A stretch of 64,000 bases of DNA from a virus (lineage: Duplodnaviria; Caudoviricetes). The notes under the pieces are model-generated. The model was not told the origin of the DNA, made no database searches, and saw only the letters and a list, made by a program, of their open reading frames with translations. Position numbers and translations under genes: made by a program. Positions 57,727 to 64,000 of this stretch are shown here, in pieces; positions within the stretch are counted from its first letter, which is position 1, and each line of letters opens with the position of its first letter. The DNA lies in the IMG/VR virus record IMGVR_UViG_3300021399_000126, positions 33,887 through 97,886 of that record; one strand, 5' to 3'.

Positions 57727-58593
57727 TTATCCATCAAAACTTAAATCATTTATTTTATCATTTTTCATATCATATTCTGCAGATATATAATGATAACCAT
57801 ACAAACCACCATCATCGTATCCAACCATTATATAATTTGGATCCATAATTCTAACATTTATGTATCCTTTAGAATTTGAATATCCAGAATCACCAAGTTT
57901 ACTTATTATTTCTTTTTTAAGTTCATTGTTTGACATTTTTTCATATTTGTCATCCCATGGTTTATCTTTATAATCATCTATAATTTTATCAGCCATAGCT
58001 TTTCTTATCTTAGAATCATAAGATTTAAAATCTTTTGAAATTAAATTTATAGTATTCTTTAAACCATTTATATCACTTGTGTCAAAACCATCTTGCGCTA
58101 TTCTTATTTTTAATTTAGACTTTGGATTATAATCATTTATTTCTTTTTTATAACTTATAAATCCACCTCCGTCATCGATTTTATTAAATCCGTTTTTAGA
58201 TATTATTTCTTGGCATTCATTTTCTGTATACTTAGATTGTGCATTTCTAATATTTCTTCGTATATCATGTCTTATTCTTGAATATAAAGAATCATTGTAT
58301 TTTAATGTTTTAGAAACTGGTATATTTCCATATTTACCGATCAGATTATCTATATACGAATCGACATCATCTATATTTAAATTAGTTATATCTATATCGT
58401 CTATTGTTTTTGATGATAAATTTTTACGATATTCTTTAACTATTTTTTTAGCATTAGTCTTCTTCTCTGCAGCTGTATAATCTCTCTTAGGATCTAACGG
58501 ATACGGAGGACCATTTTCTACGCCCCATTTTTGGCCTTTTATTCCGTGATGCATTAAATAATCCTTATCACCTATAATATATACATTACTCAT
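57727..58593 (-). CDS. HHGIKGQKWGV-tag (DUF7211-like) protein
   Basis: YLMHHGIKGQKWGVENGPPYPL N-terminus. Confidence 0.75.
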   Translation of the reverse strand: MSNVYIIGDKDYLMHHGIKGQKWGVENGPPYPLDPKRDYTAAEKKTNAKKIVKEYRKNLSSKTIDDIDITNLNIDDVDSYIDNLIGKYGNIPVSKTLKYNDSLYSRIRHDIRRNIRNAQSKYTENECQEIISKNGFNKIDDGGGFISYKKEINDYNPKSKLKIRIAQDGFDTSDINGLKNTINLISKDFKSYDSKIRKAMADKIIDDYKDKPWDDKYEKMSNNELKKEIISKLGDSGYSNSKGYINVRIMDPNYIMVGYDDGGLYGYHYISAEYDMKNDKINDLSFDG

Positions 58594-58609
58594 AATTAGT
58601 CCTCACATA

Positions 58610-60373
58610 TTAATAAAATTCCTCTTTATGCAACTTGTAAGCAATATAAGCATCCATCATAGCTGCGACATTATCAATCTTTTGATCATGACGAATCTTA
58701 AGTAACTTACGGTTTCCGTTTGTATCTTCCAAAACCACACAGTTACCCATAGTGTATTTCATAAGTTCTTCATCAAAAAGAAGTAATCTTTCTTCTGAAA
58801 GAACCTTGAGCTCACCTAAAGGTACTGATTCTGTTTTGGCACCCTGTATTACTTTTTCTATTCCATAAGGGCCATTTTCTCTTTCCCATCTTTCCATAAA
58901 TTCAGCAGCATTATATGGGTCAAAGCCAAAGCATCTTACATCATATGCATATTCATCTATAAACTCTTCTAGATCATCATATACAGCCATCATATCTAAT
59001 ACTGTACAATCCAATACTACTAAACTTCCTTCTTCTATAAACTCATTATACTTTATTTTACCAGCTACTGGAAGCCTATTATAAGTTAAAGATGAAATAT
59101 AAGATCTTGCTTTTATACCATAAGCATCGCCACTTAAAGGGAAAAGAAATGTAAAAGCACAGAAGTCATCTCCTTGAGATAAGTCTGCACCTAATGCACA
59201 AGGCATTCCCTTATATGATTTCTTTTTGTGAAGTAAAGTTTCTGCATAGCTAAAGAAATATGTCATACCTGATTCTGGTATACCAAATCTTTTGGCCCAA
59301 ATATCATTCTTGACACCAGGAGCATTATCAGCTCGTTCTTTATCAGCAGCCAAAGTTTCAAAAGATATGGTGCCAGTCTCACCATCTAATTTAAGGTTGG
59401 GATTAGCTTTAATCCACATGCTTGAATCTTCGATCTCTTCTTTACTATCCAAGCAATAATACCATATAGATGTTTGTATACTATTATACTTGGTTTCAGG
59501 ATTGAGTATATCGAGTAATTCCATTTTGATTGTATCACCAACTTGGTTTCTTACTGTACCTTCTGAACTTACACAAACCATAAGCCAGTCAGGATTCTTA
59601 GTACAACTTTGCTCAATCGCACCTGTAACATCTTCTTTAGTATCACCAGAAAGCCACTCATCAACAGTAGCAACTTTACATTTTAGTCCCTGAAGCTTAT
59701 CTATTGTCATAGGTCTAACTTCAAGAACAGAATTAGTTAAAAGGTTTTCAATACCCTTTTTAGTACTTGCTAATTTAACTCGGGTTGCTTTAGGCCCTGT
59801 AGTATTATTTATACTACCCTCAGTAAGAAACTGAAATAATGGACCCTTAGCACGAGTTATGGCAGTTCTGAAGGGCGCCATGACCTCTTCAGCCTGTCTC
59901 ATTGTCGGAGCCGTAGTGATTTGGCTCGTTGTGGAGGTATCGATTATTAAGAAGTATGCTTGTATAAATGTAAGAAACAATGACTTAGCATTACCTCTTC
60001 CTATAATCAAGAATAGTTTATGGATCAGCCTAACCTTACGTCTTCTTGTAAAGCGCTTTCCACCTGGTTTTCGAATATTTGGAATATAAACTGAATATTC
60101 CTCAAACTTATACCATCCAAAGATTTGCTCACCCCATAATTTGAATGTATCCAATAATTTAACATCAGATCCATCTGTAAGGGTCATCTCACCTTCACAA
60201 AATTTTATCCATCCTTCTACTGCTAGATCGTCATAGTAAATATCTGGATTGGCTATTAATGCATCAATTCGGTTCATTTCCATTGAAACATACTGATTGA
60301 CAATTAATTCGCCTCTTTCTACTTTCCTACGAAATTCACCATAATATCTTGGAGTAGCCGTATTAGATAACAT
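58610..60373 (-). CDS. terL: Terminase large subunit
   Basis: Walker A IGRGNAKS, Walker B ATVDE, GADLS nuclease motif, KIDNVAAMMDA. Confidence 0.95.
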   Translation of the reverse strand: MLSNTATPRYYGEFRRKVERGELIVNQYVSMEMNRIDALIANPDIYYDDLAVEGWIKFCEGEMTLTDGSDVKLLDTFKLWGEQIFGWYKFEEYSVYIPNIRKPGGKRFTRRRKVRLIHKLFLIIGRGNAKSLFLTFIQAYFLIIDTSTTSQITTAPTMRQAEEVMAPFRTAITRAKGPLFQFLTEGSINNTTGPKATRVKLASTKKGIENLLTNSVLEVRPMTIDKLQGLKCKVATVDEWLSGDTKEDVTGAIEQSCTKNPDWLMVCVSSEGTVRNQVGDTIKMELLDILNPETKYNSIQTSIWYYCLDSKEEIEDSSMWIKANPNLKLDGETGTISFETLAADKERADNAPGVKNDIWAKRFGIPESGMTYFFSYAETLLHKKKSYKGMPCALGADLSQGDDFCAFTFLFPLSGDAYGIKARSYISSLTYNRLPVAGKIKYNEFIEEGSLVVLDCTVLDMMAVYDDLEEFIDEYAYDVRCFGFDPYNAAEFMERWERENGPYGIEKVIQGAKTESVPLGELKVLSEERLLLFDEELMKYTMGNCVVLEDTNGNRKLLKIRHDQKIDNVAAMMDAYIAYKLHKEEFY

Positions 60374-60482
60374 AGTCTCACCTTCAAGAGTTAACAAAAG
60401 ATAGAGAGGTGCGCTAGCTACCGAGTTAACGAGTGACTTAAACACACCTCTCAAATCTTAGGTGTGATATAAAATCACATCG

Positions 60483-61085
60483 TCAACCAGCTGTTACAGC
60501 TGCCTGAGAGCCACTTCCAGCCCATGCGACAAATCTTCCCAACTGACCCAGAATATACTGGGACTGGTTAGCATTGTCAAGGGAGTTCTGAAGAATGACA
60601 TTACGTCTTTCAGCTTCGTCAAGACGATCCTGAAGCATCTGTGTCTTAATCTCACAACAGCACTGACTCACCTTAGCATCAAGCTGCTGAATCTGAGTTG
60701 CCAGAACATTAGTCTGGTTGGCAATCTGAGCCTGAACATTGTTAAAGCCCTGAATTGCATTGATCAGATTAGTGTTGTTCTGCTGCATCATTGAGAGATT
60801 CTGACTGCTAAACATGTTAGCAATCTCAAACAGATTATTCTGCTGACCAGTAAGAAGATTGCTCATCTGAAGCTGAGTGGTCTGTGCTGCCTGACTAGCA
60901 GCGAGCTCACCTTCTGATACTCCATAAGGTCTTCCATTTCCGCCCCAGTTACCATTATTCATAAGCAACAGAGCAAAGATGAAGAAGAGCCCAAGTCCGT
61001 CACCAGACATGAAACTACCATTGTTACGGTCAGTCATAGCCTGGATACTAAGAGCATCAGAGCCTGATAAAGACTTCTCTTCCAT
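60483..61085 (-). CDS. Gln/Asn-rich protein with CCC motif
   Basis: FFIFALLL..GNWGG...QCCCEIK. Confidence 0.7.
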   Translation of the reverse strand: MEEKSLSGSDALSIQAMTDRNNGSFMSGDGLGLFFIFALLLMNNGNWGGNGRPYGVSEGELAASQAAQTTQLQMSNLLTGQQNNLFEIANMFSSQNLSMMQQNNTNLINAIQGFNNVQAQIANQTNVLATQIQQLDAKVSQCCCEIKTQMLQDRLDEAERRNVILQNSLDNANQSQYILGQLGRFVAWAGSGSQAAVTAG

Positions 61086-61147
61086 TTGCTTTTCTCCTCC
61101 TTTCATCAATATTTTATGATGAATAGTCGATGATTAAATCGGCTGAA

Positions 61148-61462
61148 TCATAAGCAAATGTTTTGTATTTGGTTTATCATCTGCATCATTCCATTTTGAT
61201 TTATTTGATTTAAAACCAATTGATTCATTAAAGCTTTTTCAGGATCTCCTCCTGCTGCCTTAATCTGTTCCATCGTTTTCTGGAATGCGGGATTATTGGC
61301 CATTTGAGCCTTCATAAGTTCCAGAGGGTTTGCCTTCCCCTTTAGACTTTGGTATAAATTTTTTATTGCTGCTGCCTGATTCTGATCCAGATTTAGTGTC
61401 GGCACTTGAGCCGATTGCTGAGGTGACTGCAGCTGTGAGTTCCCGAATAGACTGCTGGACAT
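61148..61462 (-). CDS. Gln/Met-rich small protein
   Basis: NP..LM....NP......GGDP; coupled to neighbours. Confidence 0.65.
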   Translation of the reverse strand: MSSSLFGNSQLQSPQQSAQVPTLNLDQNQAAAIKNLYQSLKGKANPLELMKAQMANNPAFQKTMEQIKAAGGDPEKALMNQLVLNQINQNGMMQMINQIQNICL

Positions 61463-61763
61463 TATCTATTTCTCCTTTCAATTCCTTTATCTCAGATTTA
61501 CTAGCAAATAAATCTTCAGGCTTAGGTTCAGGCTCTACAACAAATCTACATCTTACAATGTTTTTGTTATTATTAGCATCTGTACCTATAATATAGAAAA
61601 TATCATCATTACTATCGAAAACTGCTATTCTACTTCTAGGTGTTGTAATCACAGCTCTAGCTCCATCCATTCCGGAGACTTGCTGTAAATCATTCATATA
61701 AAGATTATTAATAGCTGAATTATTTGTTTTCTGTGTTAAGCTACTAGCAGGATATAGATCCAT
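61293..61763 (-). CDS. Hypothetical protein
   Basis: V.G..GA.A......FD...D.FY...D pattern; first gene of a three-gene module. Confidence 0.65.
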   Translation of the reverse strand: MDLYPASSLTQKTNNSAINNLYMNDLQQVSGMDGARAVITTPRSRIAVFDSNDDIFYIIGTDANNNKNIVRCRFVVEPEPKPEDLFASKSEIKELKGEIDNVQQSIRELTAAVTSAIGSSADTKSGSESGSSNKKFIPKSKGEGKPSGTYEGSNGQ

Positions 61764-61781
61764 TTTGAAACATCTCCTTTT

Positions 61782-62207
61782 CTAGGCCCATGGAGGTTTA
61801 GTGTCACCTGGTTGACGTTCATAGAATTCTGTCTTCCTAAGTAATTTTTCATCTCCATAATGTATCGCTTGATGTGTATCATTACTAACGCATATAAGAT
61901 ACTCAGGATTCATTAAATAAATGCTTGATTCTTCTATGTCATTAGCTGTTATAGGATTCATATGGTGAATTATGACCCTACCATAAATTTCATGACCTTC
62001 ACAGGCTAAATCGCAACCCATATCTCTTAAAATTATCTTATGTCTAATAGAGCGCCAATCACTTGATTTGTAGAAATTTTGATTAAGAAATCGATCATAG
62101 CCAAATGTGTCTGTTCCAACAACTCCTCTTAATTTAAGATACTCGAATCTTTCTTCAAAAGTTGGTAGTTGTATTAATTCAGTATATGTCTTGATCGTCG
62201 TTGACAT
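61782..62207 (-). CDS. HNH endonuclease (packaging-associated)
   Basis: RD.GCDL...IHHMNP...L.C....H.AIH. Confidence 0.85.
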   Translation of the reverse strand: MSTTIKTYTELIQLPTFEERFEYLKLRGVVGTDTFGYDRFLNQNFYKSSDWRSIRHKIILRDMGCDLACEGHEIYGRVIIHHMNPITANDIEESSIYLMNPEYLICVSNDTHQAIHYGDEKLLRKTEFYERQPGDTKPPWA

Positions 62208-62529
62208 CTTGTCCACTATAACCTCTAAAAGCATTTAATGCTCTTTCATATAAATCGTTATCATGATCAGATTTCTTAATTGCTTCAGCTTGAGCTTTCT
62301 CTTTTTCAATTCTTGCTCTAGCTAATTCATTTTCGTTTTTGGCCTGCTGTGTTGCTAATTTTAAAAAATGGGTTGTTTCTTGTGATGTAGCAGTTCCATC
62401 TTGCAATCTTTGTAATACTAAATTGTATGCCATTGATATACCTAACTTTTCTGCTTCATCCATTGACTCAGGTGGCTTTATTTTGTTTTTTGACCCCTGA
62501 TTCATATTTGTTTTTGGTGATTTAGGCAT
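62179..62529 (-). CDS. Probable terminase small subunit
   Basis: GTATSQETTHFLK...LYERALNAFRGY; upstream of HNH and TerL. Confidence 0.6.
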   Translation of the reverse strand: MPKSPKTNMNQGSKNKIKPPESMDEAEKLGISMAYNLVLQRLQDGTATSQETTHFLKLATQQAKNENELARARIEKEKAQAEAIKKSDHDNDLYERALNAFRGYSGQDVNDDQDIY

Positions 62530-62551
62530 TACTAGTTCTCCTTTCAATCGA

Positions 62552-62685
62552 CTTTTGGTACTCTTTATACGAGATACGAATGCCTTTACCTACACTTTTT
62601 CAGTGCCTCTTGAAAGGAGCAACGGTTCACCAGGCCGTTCTTTTATTTACAAGACACTCATACCTCGCATAAAAAGTACCAAAAG
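62552..62685 (-). ncRNA. 35-bp G.U-rich stem-loop leader with an anti-SD in the loop
   Basis: Arms 62552-62586 and 62651-62685 pair fully on the minus strand with six G.U pairs. Confidence 0.75.
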
Positions 62686-62696
62686 AAATAGGATAC

Positions 62697-63071
62697 TTAT
62701 GAATAATAGATTTTCTTCATAGTTCCTATATCAGTCATATACTTGGTATAAGCTTCAAGTATTTCTTTATACATAGAATCATGACAAGATTCATCAGTAT
62801 CACCCATACTAGCAAATATCTTATTCATACAATTTGCATGTTCAGTTTCCATTTCAGCCATTTTATAAAATTTTGATGCCCATGCTGGATATGTTTCTTT
62901 TAGCTCAATAGCCTTTGACATATAATCTTTAGCACCTTCAAGTTCTTCCATTATATGGTCTCTAAGATACTCGCACATCGAATTTGTATTTTTAGAATTT
63001 GTAGTATAAGTTTTTTCGTTTGTTTGATTTTGTTTGTCAGCATTTTGAATCTGTGATACCAAACTTTCCAT
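62697..63071 (-). CDS. Ferritin-like four-helix protein
   Basis: EELEGA.DY...MA.ME.EHA. Confidence 0.6.
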   Translation of the reverse strand: MESLVSQIQNADKQNQTNEKTYTTNSKNTNSMCEYLRDHIMEELEGAKDYMSKAIELKETYPAWASKFYKMAEMETEHANCMNKIFASMGDTDESCHDSMYKEILEAYTKYMTDIGTMKKIYYS

Positions 63072-63164
63072 GTTATAAAATTCTCCTTGGTAAAAGCATA
63101 GAGACTCCTTATTTTTACATTCGCGAGTCTCAAACGAATCTTTATTAATGCCCTATAGGCACTG

Positions 63165-63545
63165 TTATGCAAGATACTTAGTCATTACGTATCTATTAGT
63201 TCCAATCTCTGAGAATTCACCAACTTCTTTTGATACATTTACACGTGTACCTTTCTTAAGCTGGTCAACGACATTCGGTGCATCATAGTCAGGAGTTGAT
63301 CTAACATTTAAATAATCTACAGTAACAACTTTGACTGACTTAACAGTCTCAGCAATATCATTTACTTTCTCAACTGAAGGAGTCTTCTTTATTACTGTCT
63401 TCTCTGTGTCAGGAGTTACGGTGGGTTCCACCTCAGGAGCATTAGCCGCTACGCTTTCTTCAATGGGTTTTACTTCTTCCTGAACTTTAGGTTGAGGTGC
63501 AGCCTGTTTCGTAGCTGCGTAATTTACATAAGGTCTCTTTTCCAT
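63165..63545 (-). CDS. SH3b-domain protein
   Basis: LNVRSTP....VV..L.KGT.V...YVM.KYL. Confidence 0.75.
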   Translation of the reverse strand: MEKRPYVNYAATKQAAPQPKVQEEVKPIEESVAANAPEVEPTVTPDTEKTVIKKTPSVEKVNDIAETVKSVKVVTVDYLNVRSTPDYDAPNVVDQLKKGTRVNVSKEVGEFSEIGTNRYVMTKYLA

Positions 63546-63558
63546 TTTGTTTTCTCCT

Positions 63559-63933
63559 TTAATTTTTAAATATCTCTACACCTTCTAAACTATTAACTTT
63601 ACATAAACTTAATAAACGAGTTACATCTTTTTCAGTATGTCCGTCCCAATGTTTTCCGAACTCGAGAACCGGGCATTTAAATATATCCCAATATTTGTCA
63701 GTTTCGTAATGATAAGTGTAAGAACCTTCAGGTGTATCGATACCAACTATGAACCAATCACCATTTTTATCAAAGCAATAATGTCCATCTTCATGTTTAA
63801 ATGATTTCCATGAAATATCAAGATGAGAATTTACAATAGTTGCAAATAAAATTGCTCGCTGATTATAAAGTTCGTCAAATGTGTGATAACCATCGCTAAC
63901 AGATCCAGCATCTGGCACATAAATTGGTTCCAT
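63559..63933 (-). CDS. WDGH-domain protein
   Basis: SDGYHTFDELY...WKS..H.DG...WFIVG...YHY...WDGHT. Confidence 0.75.
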   Translation of the reverse strand: MEPIYVPDAGSVSDGYHTFDELYNQRAILFATIVNSHLDISWKSFKHEDGHYCFDKNGDWFIVGIDTPEGSYTYHYETDKYWDIFKCPVLEFGKHWDGHTEKDVTRLLSLCKVNSLEGVEIFKN

Positions 63934-64000
63934 AACTTAACCTCCGGAAATATAATACCAAAACATTTCAAAAAATAATTCCCCCGGAGACTTTTCGAAG

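Noticed and set aside
267-61596. Plus-strand ORFs in the track (for example 44902-45813, 39220-39744, 51123-51602)
   Set aside because: They are antisense shadows of minus-strand genes, with no convincing SD or recognisable motifs
63960-64000. Possible genome end (cos/pac) near the window edge
   Set aside because: Plausible from its position upstream of the packaging genes, but no diagnostic sequence is visible within the window

Overview
A 64-kb, AT-rich (about 30% GC) segment of a long-tailed siphophage genome. Essentially every real gene is on the minus strand. The host is probably a gut or rumen Clostridia/Lachnospiraceae-type Firmicute, inferred from AGGAGG ribosome-binding sites, a GH25/LysM/Cpl-7 endolysin and a Dp-1-type holin. 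In transcription order (right to left) it carries: packaging genes (TerS, HNH, TerL), a block of variable head-associated genes, portal, protease-capsid fusion, neck and tail genes, a 3465-aa tape measure protein, baseplate, two BspA-type LRR adhesins, lysis genes, a second set of fibre genes, and about 15 kb of small accessory genes with tRNAs. The most notable unexplained structures are: (1) 13 copies of a TCGCA-N14-TATAAT promoter-like motif that, with a conserved U.G-wobble hairpin, divide the accessory region into single-gene cassettes; (2) one cassette with no credible ORF that encodes a long G.U-rich hairpin RNA whose 3' arm is antisense to a Shine-Dalgarno/AUG region, plus other stem-loops presenting anti-SD sequences; (3) a putative virion-packaged polymorphic effector locus between TerL and portal, with shared HHGIKGQKWGV and HKY..NGKWxY tags, a papain-fold toxin with an overlapping immunity-like gene, and L-x-H motifs shared with the capsid scaffold; (4) anticodon-less tRNA-elbow mimics upstream of fibre genes and a non-canonical 119-nt tRNA-like RNA. 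All product calls come from motif recognition by eye; no database search was run.
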